Origin: Blastocladiella emersonii ATCC 22665
Lineage: Eukaryota; Fungi; Blastocladiomycota
DNA length: 64,000 nt
Direction of reading: 5' to 3'
Assembly: GCA_025594325.1 (NCBI GenBank)
Contig: JANHCV010000007.1
Location: 496,001 to 560,000 of the forward strand
Positions 1 through 12,139 of this stretch are shown piece by piece. A program made the translations under genes and the position numbers. The notes below the pieces were generated by a model. The model did no database searches. It had not been told where the DNA came from and was given only the letters and a program-made list of their open reading frames with translations. Numbering within the stretch: the stretch's first letter is position 1; each line of letters begins with the position of its first letter.

Positions 1-283
1 CCGTAACTTTTTGCTCGTGTACGCGGTCCAGGGCCGCGCGGCCGGGCTGGTTCGCGCGATTCGGGAGAGTCCGCGGTGGACGCCCATGGACCCGGCCGGG
101 GTGCGGGTGTTGATCCAGCAGGCGAAAACGGCGGGAGCTGGGCCCGAGGTGTTGGTGGAGCTGTACGCGGTGCTCGAGGACGCGGTCAAGCGGTACGGCG
201 ACGCGGGGCTGGCGGCGGTCGTGGCCCCGGGCGTCGCGCGGATGGCCGTCGGTGCAGAGGCGCCACGGCGGCCGGGAGTCTAG
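1..283 (+). CDS. 3' end of an upstream gene, product unknown (helical)
   Basis: Open frame from the window edge to TAG at 281-283 with host-like high GC3. An AATAAA follows at about 308. It converges tail-to-tail with the next gene (35-bp gap). Confidence 0.5.
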   Translation, partial: RNFLLVYAVQGRAAGLVRAIRESPRWTPMDPAGVRVLIQQAKTAGAGPEVLVELYAVLEDAVKRYGDAGLAAVVAPGVARMAVGAEAPRRPGV

Positions 284-318
284 TCTCGTCCGCAGCAGTT
301 GTATTGAAATAAAAGTCA

Positions 319-3300
319 TCAGTGCTCCGTCTGCGCGTGCTCCGCCGTCGCCCCGCTCGTCGTCGCAGTCGCCAGCACACTCGTCCCGACGACAGCGCCC
401 ACACGCGTCGGCGCAGGACTCCCTCCACCCCCGCCCGCATGTCCGCCGTACAGCCCCGCAAACGACTGTCCGCGGTTCGCGAGCGCGTACGCGAGCGCGT
501 CGGCCCACATGCCCGCGTCGGCGGGGGTCGCGGCCATCAGCTCGTACTGGTGGCCGTCCGTCAGCGCGATGGTGAAGGCCACGGTGGCGAGGTCGACGGG
601 CGCGTCGGTATCGGCGCCGGCGGCGGAGGAGGGTGAGGGGGGAGACGGAGGGGTGATCTTGGCCAGCTCGTCGATGCATAGCACGTTGCCAGTGTCCGAG
701 ACGTCCGCCTACACACACGCCGGGGTTAGCTTGACGTCGTTCTTGCGGATGCGGCATTCGTACCGAGTCGAGCGGCTCGAGCACGACCAGCCCCTGCTGC
801 GGGTACACGAGGAACCGCGCCGCCTTCCACGCCGCGCGCCACATGAGCCGCGCGGTGCGCGAGTGCCGGTAGCTGAGCACGCCCTCTTTCACGTACGCGA
901 GCGGCGGCGGGACTTTGGCGGGGGTGCTACCGGTGCTCTCGCTCGACTGCGTCATCGACGCCTTCCCACCGGCGCCCTTGGTCGAAGCGCCGCGGGTCTG
1001 CGAGTCCTCACCGCCAAACGAACCGCCCGTCCGCGCCTCGCTCCCACCCCCCGCGCGGCTCCCGCTGCGCTTCCCCGGCTCCGGCAACCCGCGGACCGTG
1101 CGGACGCCCGCGGCGACGAGCGGCGCGAGCAGCGTCGCGACGAGGGTCCCCGTGGCGAGCATCGTGCCCATGGCGAGGATCGCGTACTGGAGCGGCTGGC
1201 CGAGCGTGTTGAGGTAGACGAGCGGCGGCGCGACGAGCGCGATGAGGGCCAGGTTGTACGTGCAGAAACCGAGCCCTTTCGCCTCGGGGAACTGCGCCGC
1301 CGAGGCTTTGCGGGTTTTGACGGCCAGGTACAGCAGGAACGCGAGCTGTGCTCCCCCAAAAACGAACAGGATGGCGAGCATCGCGGTTTCGAATGCGGGG
1401 GATCGCGACGCGCACGCCGTGTATCGCGAAAGCGTCTGCGGCACGTCCGCGGGGACGCGCGGGTCGACGGCCGTCCAGACCGCGAGAACGGCGGCGGTGG
1501 TCCCGATGGACGCGGCGCGGAACATCATCCGCATGCGCGCGGGGACCGCGTTGATCGCGAGCCGCCGCGCGAGCGGGTTGCGGTGCAGCATGTACACGTG
1601 GAACAGGTTCATCCCCATGGCGTTGAACACGGTCGACGCCGCGAGCCCGGTCACCCACGGCTGCACGATGCACTGGAACGGCGTCGGCACACCGACGTAC
1701 ACCGCGGGCACAAAGTACGCGAGGAACGCGCCCGCCAGCATCTGCGCCGCGAGCGACGGGCACGACGACAGCGTGCGGCGCCACCGGGTCGGGTCCGACT
1801 TTGTGCGCAGGTGCGACGCGAGCGCGTAGAGCGCGAACAGGACGATGGTCAGCTGCCCGAGCGCCGCGAGGACCAGCATCACGAGCCCGACGGCGTCCGT
1901 CGCCTGCACGTTGGTCGGCAACCCCAGAAGGTCGATGGCCATGACCTGCGCGATCACCGAGTTGATGGTCGCTAGCATCTCCTCCTCGGTCACCTGCCCG
2001 CGGAGCATGTTCGCCCAGTTGGTGTAGATGGCCTGCGACACGTCGAGCCACTGTGTCCCGGCGACGGCCGAGGGCCGGGCTACGGGCTACACGCGAGGGG
2101 GCGGGGTTAGAGCGCTTGTAGCGGTGGTGATAGAGAGGGACGTACCTTGACTGCCTTGAAGATGTCACACCCGCCGACCGCCGCGCACACGGCCGCATCG
2201 TCCCACAGCCCCGTGAGCGACGGCAGCACGCCATGCGCGACGGCCCGTGCCGCCTGGACCTGCCGGCTCGCGAGCCACGCCGCCGCCAACAGCGTCGCCG
2301 CGCGGTCCGTCCCCGCCGGCGTCGTCGCGCTGCTGACCCCGACCATCATCCCGCCGACCATACTCACGCCCGCATCCGCCGCGACATTCCCCGGGATCGG
2401 CGCGCGCGCCCACGCGAAGCTCACGTTCCCCGCGGCGCGCGGCAGCCACGACCAGTGCCGCAGGTAGACCGCGTTGCCGCGCTGCCACTCGTCGAGCGAG
2501 GCCAGGTCGTCCGACACGATGGCGGGGGCCCCGATCACGCCCGACTTGATCCAACGGCGCGCGCGGCGCGCGGTCGCGAGGGCCGCGGGGTACAGAGGCG
2601 ATTTCGCGGTTGAGGAGAGAGTGCGGTTGGGTTCGAGGACCGAGCCCGCACGGTACGACGCCAGCCACTCGAGGGCCGCGGCGGTTAGGCCTTCGGCGGA
2701 GCGCAGCTGCGACATGTACCCGATCAGCGCCGGGTTCTTGACGCGTTCCGAGGGGAGGGTCGCGTTCAGCGCGCGCTCGATGTCGTCCCACTACATTCGC
2801 GCAACGGTGAGTGAAGGCGGCGGGAGAGGGTGAGAGGGGAGAGGCCGGACCGTCTTGGGCGCGTCAGCGAACCCGTACTTGGCGAGCAGCGAGGTCTGGT
2901 AGTACAGCACGCCGAGGTCGAGCGACACGGGCAGGCCGACCCTGTCCACCAACTCGTTAGCCCTCGCTCGCCTCCTCGCACCGCTGAAAAACGTACTGCG
3001 CCCCGTTAATCATCCCCGCGCCCAGCACCTGCGGGAGATGCCCCGCGAGCGTGCTGCCCGACAGCCCCTGGCTCAGGTTGTACAGCGACGGCGACAGCGC
3101 GCCGGCCCAGATCCCGTCAAACACGACCACGTCCGTCGCGTTGTTGAGCAGCGCGTTTTGCAGGTTCGAGAGGATGTCTACCCGAGGCGGTCGCGCGGTC
3201 AGCGACGCGTCACTCGCGTGTGTGTGTGTGTGGGTGGCCACGGACCCGTCGTCGTGAGGCCCGGATTCCACGTCAGCGCGAGATCGATGCCCGACGCCGC

Positions 3301-3582
3301 GGACCACGACGCGGCGAGCGGGCCGAGGACCGACTCTTCGTCCGTGATGTTGGTTGTCGTCGGGACTAGACGCGCGTCCGCGGGTCAGCGACGCGTGGAT
3401 GTCGAGGGGCCAGGACGACGTACGCGGCGTGATCAGGACGCGGACGGTTGGCCGACAAGCTGCGCTAGGACAAATCGGGCGAAGCTCAGTCGCCGAGAGC
3501 CGAGAAAGTGGCGGCGCATCGTACACGCGAGGCCCGCGAGGGCGGCGAGCAGCGCCAGCGCGCTCAGGTACAGGCGGTGCAT
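319..3582 (-). CDS. Multi-exon receptor: signal peptide + sugar solute-binding protein (TMBP-like) + class C GPCR 7TM + C-terminal PH domain (copy R1)
   Basis: Hand-spliced. Signal MHRLYLSALALLAALAGLA. SBP motifs LPVSLDLGVLYYQTSLLAKYGFADAPKT|WDD and AEGLTAAALEWLASY. 7tm_3-like motifs VGVPTPFQCIVQPW and AVKTRKASAAQFPEAKGLGFCTYNLALI. PH motifs VKEGVLSY...WKARRFLVY...FTIAL...YELMAATPADAGMWADAL. GT-AG introns with CTRAC branch sites restore the frame. Confidence 0.85.
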
Positions 3583-3728
3583 CGTGTTACAACATGGGCA
3601 GTGGACGTGTTTGCATTGAGGTTTATAAAAGAGCTAAGGATACGACGGGAGCGTCTAAGAAAGGGGGAGGGGGAAGCCGATGACAAGGACGCGTCGGGTG
3701 TCTCCCACGACGCGACGCGTCTCGCTGC

Positions 3729-5291
3729 TCAATCCCGTGCAGCAGCCGCCCGCGATGGCGGCGGGACCAGCTCGCCCTTCTCGGCCGTCTCCCTCGCGCG
3801 CGCCTCGGTCCACCCGGTCGGTCCGGGCTCGTACCCGCGCTCGAGGCACGACATCACGAACGGCACGATCCGGTCCGTCTGCTTGGCGTCGACGAAGGCG
3901 CGGACCATCATCTCGACGGCGTAGTCGTGGAGGAACGGCGTCCCCGGGATCGTCGCGAACAGGTCCTCGATGCGCTGCACGAGCTCGCCGCGGGTCCGCT
4001 TCTTCCCACTCCGGTTCCCGCCGGCCTCGGCCGCCCAGTGCCGGATCAGCACCGCGTATGGCGAGTACTTGACGCGCGCGAACCCGAGAAACTCGGCGCA
4101 CCGGTCCGTGTACGCGGCCAGCGTCTCGAGCGCACCGCGCTCGTCGCCCGCCCGCAATAGCGCGTCCATCACGGCCTCGGCCGACATGCTGAAGAGCGGT
4201 TTCTGCGACAGGCGCATCTCGTGCGCGAGGTGCGCGCGCGCCGCGGCCAGGTCGTTGCGATGGATCGCCAGCTGTACGTGCACGTGGTGGCAGCTCGGCG
4301 TCAGCGGCACGCCGCGCGCGTCGAGCCGGTCGAGGACGGCCTGCGCCGCGTCGGCGTGCCCGTGCGCCAGCTCGGCGAGCGCCATGGTCGAGTACGCCTT
4401 GGCGAGCGCCGCGGGCTGGGTCTCGTTCGCAACAAACTCCTCGAACAGGGCGCGCGCGGCCGCGAGCCCCAGCGAACCGTCGGGGTCGGCGGGGTCGCCG
4501 CGTGCCTTGCGGTCGAGCGCGAGCGACGAGTGGATCTCGATCAGGATACGGTGCAGGACCCACGGGTGCGCCTGGATCACGGGCTGGTCGCGGAACGACT
4601 GCGCGACGTCGAGCGCCTCCTCGAACCGGCGCGTCTTCTTGTACGCATTGAGCACCGCCGCGAACACGGGCAGCCGCACGGGCTCCGCGCCCGGCGCCTT
4701 GGCGGCTTCCTGCACCACGTCCCACAGCCCGCGGGTCTCGGAGACCATCTTGCACTGCGCGGCGCGCACCAGCGTCAGCTCCAGCAGCGGCATCGGCGGG
4801 GCCGCGCCGCCCTCGAGGCCCGCCAGCCGGTCGAGGAGCGAGATCATGTGCACCACGTCGCCCCGGCTCGCCTGCCGCTGCCGCAGCGCATTGAATAAAG
4901 CGAGGCACACGTCGGACGTCACGTACTCAGGCGCGTGTGCCGAGAGCCACTCGTAGTCTGTCCACGCCGACCGCGTGCGACGCTTGCGGCAGTGCATCAG
5001 CAGCCGCTGCTCCACGGCGCGCGGGTCCGGCGACTCTGGGTGGCCGCGCTGCTCGTGGTGCCGCTGGTACACGTTGGACGGCGGCCGCGCGCGCGGGTCC
5101 TCGGGGTCGGTGTAGTAGCGGCTGTCGTTGTCCCGGCGGTACCGCGGGGCGCGCGAGGACAGGTGCCTTGTCGCGGCGGCGATGGGTGCCGCGACCGCGG
5201 CAGCGAGTGGCCGGGCCACGGCGATCCGGCTCGCCGTAACGACGGGTATGCGCGCAGTCCGCAGCGCGTGTAGCATCATCATTGTGTACAT
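3729..5291 (-). CDS. Mitochondrial pentatricopeptide-repeat (PPR) protein
   Basis: Intronless ORF of about 520 aa. Arg/Ala-rich, acid-free N-terminus (MLHALRTARIPVVTASR...RHLSS). PPR-like repeats such as AYSTMALAELAHGHADAAQAVLDRLDARGVPLT and VEMMVRAFVDAKQTDRIVPFVMSCLERGYEP. Start could be 5291 or 5282. Confidence 0.75.
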   Translation of the reverse strand: MYTMMMLHALRTARIPVVTASRIAVARPLAAAVAAPIAAATRHLSSRAPRYRRDNDSRYYTDPEDPRARPPSNVYQRHHEQRGHPESPDPRAVEQRLLMHCRKRRTRSAWTDYEWLSAHAPEYVTSDVCLALFNALRQRQASRGDVVHMISLLDRLAGLEGGAAPPMPLLELTLVRAAQCKMVSETRGLWDVVQEAAKAPGAEPVRLPVFAAVLNAYKKTRRFEEALDVAQSFRDQPVIQAHPWVLHRILIEIHSSLALDRKARGDPADPDGSLGLAAARALFEEFVANETQPAALAKAYSTMALAELAHGHADAAQAVLDRLDARGVPLTPSCHHVHVQLAIHRNDLAAARAHLAHEMRLSQKPLFSMSAEAVMDALLRAGDERGALETLAAYTDRCAEFLGFARVKYSPYAVLIRHWAAEAGGNRSGKKRTRGELVQRIEDLFATIPGTPFLHDYAVEMMVRAFVDAKQTDRIVPFVMSCLERGYEPGPTGWTEARARETAEKGELVPPPSRAAAARD

Positions 5292-5540
5292 GAAAGTCAA
5301 AGTGGAGAGCGGAGAGGGCGAGGTGGCGCGGGCAGGAATCGAACCCGGGCCGCGACCTGGGCGACAGGCTCGGCGGGCGCGTCACGTTGGCGCCGGCGCG
5401 AGGTGTGAGTGACGCGACGGCGGCGATCGGCGTTCGCTGAGCGGCGCTCCTCCCGCTTTCCGCTCCCGACGCGACCTGAGCCCTGCGAGCCGACCTCGCG
5501 CTTCTGCCTGCAACGCACCGACACCACACGCATCGACACC

Positions 5541-7112
5541 ATGTCCGACTTTGAGGATGACTTCATGGACGGTGGGTTGCCGCCCCCGCACCCAGACCGC
5601 GCGAGACGAGCGTGTGTGACTCACCCCACGACCCCGCACGCCCGCCACGCGTCCAGGTGATGAGGGAGATTTCGAGTACGAGGAGGACGATGACGAGGAG
5701 GAGGATGTCGATCTCGAGAACATTTACTACAGCGCCAAGGGTACGCGCTCACCGTGCGAGTGACCGCGGCGGCCGAGACTGACGCACACCCAACACGCGA
5801 AGCCGTCGTCGACGACGACAAGGACGCGGCGCTCGCCAAGTTCCAGGCCGTGGTCGACGGCGAGGTCGAGGAGGGCAAGTGGGCGTTCAAGGCCTTCAAG
5901 CAGATGTTCAAGCTGACGTTCCGCGCCGGCCGCCTCGCCGAGGCCCTGCAGTACTACCGCTCGGTGCTGCGCGTCGTGCCGACCGCCGTCACCCGCAACG
6001 AGTCGGAAAAGTCCATCAACAACATGCTCGACCTCGTGTCCGGCACGGGCGTCGGCACCGGGTGCCAGGACCTCGCCTTCCTCGAGCAGGTGTACAACGC
6101 GACGCTGGCGACGCTCGAGGCGCTGCGCAACGACCGGCTATGGCTCAAGTGCAACCTCAAGCTCGCCAAGCTGTACCTCGACCGCCGCGAGTACACGCGG
6201 CTCGCGCGCGTGCTCAAGCAGCTGCAGGCGTCGGTGCGGTCCGACGACGGGTCCGACGACCAGCGCAAGGGCACCCAGCAGCTCGAGATCCTCGCCCTCG
6301 AGATCCAAATGTACTCGGAGACCAAGAACAACAAGAAGCTCAAGGAGCTGTACCAGCAGTGCCTCAGCATCAAGTCGGCCATCCCCTCGCCCCGCATCAT
6401 GGGCATCATCCGCGAGTGCGGCGGCAAGATGCACATGGCCGAGGCCAACTGGAGCGAGGCCCAGTCCGCCTTCTTCGAGTCGTTCAAGAACTACGACGAC
6501 GCCGGCTCCTACCAGCGCATCCACGTCCTCAAGTACCTCGTGCTCGCCAACATGCTCGCCGAGTCCGAAATCGACCCGTTCGACTCGCAGGAGACCAAGC
6601 CCTACAAGTCGGACCCGGAGATCGCCGCCATGACCGACCTCGTCGCCGCCTACCACCGCCGCGACATTGCCGCCTTCGAGAAGATCCTCCGCACCAACCG
6701 CCGCTCCATCATGGACGACCCCTTCATCCGCGAGTACATTGACGAGGTCCTCCACACCATCCGCGCCCAGGTCATCGTCTCCCTCATCCAGCCCTACACC
6801 CGCATCGAGCTCGCCTTCATCGCCAACCAGCTCAACATCAGCATCGACGAGGTCGAGGCCCTCCTCGTCGCCCTCATCCTCGACAATAAAATCCACGGCA
6901 AGATCGACCAGACCCTCCAGCGCCTCGAGCTCTCGCACCGCACCGTCGTCGCGTCCTCGGCCACGATCGCCGCCCTCGGGCCCGCCGAGGCTGCCGCTGC
7001 CGCGATCGCCGCTCAGTCTGCTGCGTCCGAGTCGCTCTACGCCGTCACTAACCGCTGGTGCAACAACCTCAACACGCTGTCAGGCACCGTCGTCGGCAAG
7101 CTCAACCGCTAA
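5541..7112 (+). CDS. CSN2: COP9 signalosome subunit 2 (PCI domain)
   Basis: Two short 5' introns after MSDFEDDFMD. Diagnostic motifs DLENIYYSAK, WAFKAFKQ, AVTRNESEKSINNMLD, KGTQQLEILALEIQMY, IMGIIRECGGKMH, FFESFKNYDDAG, INPFDSQE-like IDPFDSQETKPYK. Confidence 0.95.
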
Positions 7113-7577
7113 GAGAGTGGGTGGGGTCGTGTCTATTGGATTGGTCGTGTGGGATACAAAGCAGCTTTGGTTTTCATCATCGTCTGCTTCAGCCGATCCT
7201 CGATAGCGACGGATCTGGGAGATGGGTACCCGACAAGGTCAAAGCCGATGCGGACAGAGCAACGCGTGCGCCGCGCGACACGTGCACATGAGAGACGCTT
7301 CTCGCCTCCGCATCTCCCAGTGTCCTGAACGGGACACCCCTCAACCAAGAGGACAAAAATGGCCCCCTGTCACATTGTTTGACGTGCGGACCAAGGCGGC
7401 AACCACCACCACCAGGCTGGTGATGGGAGATCCAGGCCTGGCGTGTTCGCGGCACGCTCGCTGCCACCCGACCAGGGAATGCCGAATCCGAGGCCACGCC
7501 GAATCCGAGACCACGTTGCTAGGCTCTATGTAAAGTATCCATTGTGCCCTGTATTTCTAAGGTCATTCGTGGCCACC

Positions 7578-8980
7578 ATGAAACGATTTATGTATGCTCT
7601 GCGCCTTATGTCTTTTGGCCGCGGTTCTGGCGCCGGTGGCCGTGGCCGCGGCCAACGACGCCGCGGCCGCGGACGGGCCCATCTGCATGATGTTATCGTG
7701 ACCATCATCGCTTTCGTCCTCACGGAGGCCATTGTGATCGCGTCGGCCGTCGCGCTAGTCCGGCAGAAGCGGTCACCGCTTGCGCGCCGCATGTCGTTCC
7801 GTCTGCTTCTGTCGGTTCTCGGCGGGCTCGCTGTGGCGGCCGTGTGGCCGCTGCTCTTCGTCGGCCAGCGCACTGGTACACAGTGCTTGCTTCAGGTCGT
7901 GATCCTCGCGCTCGCGTGGGCCGTGATCCTTGCATGCATGGCCGTCCAAGATCTGCGTTTTTATCTCATCGTCTCGAGCCCTTTACGCCGCGTCGCGAGC
8001 GACGTCACTCGGATGCTTCGCACTTTCATTCTCATCGTGGTTCTGGTGCAGCTTCTCGGCCTGCTGCTGTGGGGACTCGTGAGCCCGCCGTCTGCGGCCG
8101 TGTACGTCGTGGCCGACGAGTGGTAGTACCTGGCGTGTTCCGAGGGCACAACGCCAGAGCTCATCGCGATCCCGGCCTCGGTGGTCGCGGCGCTCGTCGC
8201 GCTCAACCTGTGGCTCGCGTACCGGTCCAAGGCTAGCGAGGTCGCCATGGCCAAGCGGCAGACGCCGACGCTGCGGATTCTTTACGCGATCTGCCTAATC
8301 GCGCTCGTTCAGGTACTTCCTGTTTGCTTGACTGTTAGCCACGACTAACAGCTGACCCGTGTTCGTGTTCGTGCACGTAGGCCGTCTGTCTCATGGTTCC
8401 TCAAATCACCCCGTCGACTCGCTCACTCGTCTTTGCCGTGACGACGCTCGTGCTCGTCGCGACCATCTGCAAGCTGTACGTGCTCCAGCAGCTGTACCCG
8501 GACTCGGAGGAGTCGTCGAGCGGCTGGATGGGCACGACGCGCGTCGGTATCCTCTCATCCTTCTCCTCGCAAGTCGCCTCTACTGCATCTAGCAACCGCG
8601 CACCGGGCTCGTTCCACCGCGACTTCTCGACGTCAAGCGACCGCACTTCGACTTCACTCACTACGGGTGACACGGCGGTGCACGTGGCCGCGTCGACCTT
8701 CCTCATCGAGCTGACGCCGTGCGTGCCGTGTCAGCCTCAGCTCTTCGTCGACCAGGCGGTGCTGATCGCGACCGAGATCTTGGGCAACCCGCAGTACCGC
8801 GCGGCAATCGCCCTGCGCTCGCTCACGGCTGTCGACTTTGTCCCGGGCTCGCAGACGTGTCTCCGCCTCCGGCTGCGCGGCCACGTCGTCGACATCGTCG
8901 GGTCTATGGCGACGACTGCGACGATAGCCCAGTGGAAGCACGTTCTTGGCGATTTTGTGCGCGAGGAACCGGGACAGTGA
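7578..8980 (+). pseudogene. Truncated paralog of the SBP-7TM-PH-like receptor (copy R2psi) with the SBP domain deleted
   Basis: 7TM and tail are highly similar to 10810-12094. The signal-peptide remnant (LCALCLL...AADGPI versus CSLCLV...AADRPI in R3) is joined directly and out of frame to TM1. There is an in-frame TAG at 8124-8126 where R3 has GAG. Confidence 0.85.
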
Positions 8981-9295
8981 CGCGGCCCGATGACAAGGAG
9001 TAGACCCATTTTTTTCCCTCCAACTCTGGTCGTACTCTGCGATCTGGGCGACGGGTACGCCACGGTCGGCCTCACGAAGGCGCAGCGCGGTGGCCGGTCG
9101 TTGCCGCCCCGCGTGGTGCGCGTCTTAAGCGGCACGTGCGGGTGAGCGACGCGTTTCACGCCCCGAACGCGTCTCTCGTCTCCCGGTGCCACCGTGCGAG
9201 ACGCCACGCGACTGGGGCCGGAAAAAGCGGAAACCGATGTCGCAGAGATCGGCTCGCGGCAACACGCTAATCTGTATTAAAACCCGCTGGCCACC

Positions 9296-12094
9296 ATGAG
9301 ACGCACTACGACACCATGCATTCGCCTTGTCAGCTGCTCCTTATGCCTAGTTGTCGTGGCCGTCGTGATTCTGTGCTCGGTCACCGGCGTCATGGCCGCC
9401 GACCGGCCTATCCGTCTGCTACTGCCATCGAACCGTGGGGTCGCAAAGCAATTTCAGGCCTACTTTGACGAATGGACCGTCGTGTCGGGGATCCAGGTGC
9501 AGGTCGACGTTCCGCGCGTGCAAGACGACCTGACCACGACCGAGTACTTCAGTCTGATCAAGGCCATGGAGGATCATAAGGTCGCCTACTACGATATCGT
9601 GTTCGTTGACGTCATCTGGCCGGCCCTGCTCACCAACGTCCTCGCGCCGCTCAACGGGCTCGTGAGTCCCGCCGCTATCGATGCGCAGGAGCAGAGCTTC
9701 GTCGACGCAGCGAGGATAGGCGGCAAGATCTACGCGCTCCCGTACACGGCGCCCATGTCGCTGCTCTACTACCGCGCCGACATTCTCGCTGACTACGGAT
9801 ACACTTCGGCGCCACGAACGGTACGGTTTTCTGCGCGGCGAGCGATGATTATATGGCCAACGCGCCATCGTGTAGTGGGACGAGATGGAGGCCATGCTTG
9901 ACCGCATCCTGCCGCGCGAGCAGGCGCGGCGACCCGGGCTACACGGATACATTGGTCAGCTCAAGGCGTACGAGGGCCTGACGTGCAATGCTGTCGAGTG
10001 GCTCGGCAGCTACGGCGCGGGCACCGCCGTCGAACTTGACGGGTCCATTTCCACGACGAACGTGACGCGCCGCGACGCGACCGTGGCCGCCATGACCCGG
10101 TTTCGAAGCTGGGTCACGCGCGGATTCATCCAGCCGTCGGTGCTTACCATGGCCGAGTCGCCCGCGTACGCGGCGTGGTTGTCGGGCAACGCGCTGTTTA
10201 TGCGCAACTGGGTACTGTCGAGTCTTGGCTAGTGACCGCAATGAGTCTGACGTCGACCTGCTCTCGTGTAGTTCGTTGGTTCATATCTGACGGGCCTCAA
10301 CTTCACGCCTGGCATTGCGCCGCTCCCCGGCAACACGCCCAATCTCGCCGGGTTTGCGACCAACGGCGCCAACTACTTTGGGATCAACCGGTTCACAGCC
10401 GACCCGATCCGCGCCGCCAAGGTCCTCGAGTTCATCACGGGCACCGAGTCGCAGCGCAAGTGGGCCACGACGCTCGGCCGCATCCCAACCATCAAGAGCT
10501 TACTCCAGGGTACGTAAGACGGCCGTGTCCCATCACGCACCGAGTAACCGAGTGTCCGCATGTAGACCAGTCCATCTGCAACGTCCTGGGCAACTGCAAC
10601 ATTAGCGGCAAGCTGCAGATCGTCGCCCGTCCCGCTCTCGCGACGGGCAAGTCGTACCTCACCGTGTCCGAGGCCATCTTTAGCGGGTGGAACCTCGCGC
10701 TCAGTGGGTACCTGACGCCCGCGGCCGCTGTGACGTGGCTCACGCGCCGGCTCGCGGCCATCCTATCGGTCGACATTCTCGGCCCGCCTCTCGTCGTCCA
10801 GTGGACCGACCCGGCCGGGATCGTGACCATCGTCGCGTTTGTCGTCTCCAAGGTCGTCATCATCGCGTCCACGATCGCGCTCGTGCGGCAGAAACGATCA
10901 GCGCTCGCGCGTCGCATGTCGTTCCGCCTCCTGCTCACCGTGCTCGCCGGCCTCGCCGTGACCGCCGTCTGGCCGCTGCTCTTCATCGGTCCGCGGACCG
11001 GGCTGCAGTGCTTTCTCCAGATCGCCATCCTCGCGCTCGCGTGGGCCGTGATCCTCGCGTCCATGGCCGTCCAGGACCTGCGAGTCTACCTGATCGTCTC
11101 AAGCCCGCTGCGCCGCGTCGCGAGCGACGTGACGCGAGTACTTCGCGTCTTCATTTTCGTCGTCATCTTGCTCCAGTGTCTCGGGCTGCTCCTGTGGGGG
11201 CTCGTCAGCCCGCCGTCGACGGCCATGTACGTCGTGGCCGACGAGTGGGAGTATCTCGCGTGCTCTGAGGGCACGACACCCGAACTCCTCGCGATCCCGG
11301 CCGCAGTCGTTGCGGCGCTCGTCACGCTCAACATGTGGCTCGCGTACCGCGCCAAGGCCAACGAGGTCGCCATGGCCAAGCAGCAGACGCCGACGCTCCG
11401 GATTCTCTACGTGATTTGCCTCGTCGCTCTCATCCTGGTACGGCCGCCTTTGCTAATCCACTGCTCTCTGTCGCTGACCCTCCCGCGCAAGTAGGCCGTT
11501 TGCCTCATGGTCCCTCAAATCACTCCGTCCGCGCGCTCGCTCATCTTTGCCGTGACCACGCTCGTACTCGTTGTGACCGTGTGCAAGATGTACGTGCTCG
11601 AGCAGTTGTACCCGGACTCGGAGGAGTCGACGACGGGCTGGATGGGCATGACGCGCGCGGGAACCGAGTCTTCACTCAGCACCGACATCGCCACGACCGC
11701 GTCGGGGAGTCGTCTCGGCTCCGCGCGCCGCGGCACGTCGTCGTCAATCGACCGCAAGTCCTCGTTTTCGATCACGACGCACGAGATGGCGCTGCGTACC
11801 GCCGCGTCGACGTTTCTCGTCGAGATCACGCCGTGTGTGCCGTGCCAGCTGCGCCTGTTCCTCGACCAGGCGGTGTTGATCGCGACCGAGATCTCGGGCA
11901 GCCCGCGGTACCGCGCGGCCATCGCGCTGCGTACGCTCACGGCCGTCGATTTCGTTACGCCGTCGCAGACGTGTTTGCGACTGCAGCTGCGCGGCCGCGT
12001 CGTGGATATCGTTGGGTCCGCGGCGACGAGTAGAGTGCTCGCGCAGTGGAAGCAGGTGCTGAGCGAGTTTGTGCGCGAGGATCCGGGACGGTGA
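9296..12094 (+). CDS. Multi-exon SBP(TMBP-like)-class C 7TM receptor with PH-like tail (copy R3)
   Basis: Signal peptide. DIVFVDVIWP, LPYTAPMSLLYYRADILADYGYTSAPRT|WDEM, YEGLTCNAVEWLGSYG, GNALFMRNW. Seven hydrophobic helices including FIGPRTGLQC and WEYLACSEG. Beta-rich tail ending VLAQWKQVL. Introns 9821-9875 and 10212-10271 checked. Confidence 0.85.
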
Positions 12095-12139
12095 GTCGAC
12101 CGCAAGACATAGAAAGCAGTAGAATGTATGACTAATTCA

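Noticed and set aside
9296-10500. Bacterial contamination or a recent horizontal ABC-transporter operon
   Set aside because: The SBP exons contain spliceosomal introns at shared positions and are fused to 7TM exons. There are no permease or ATPase genes.
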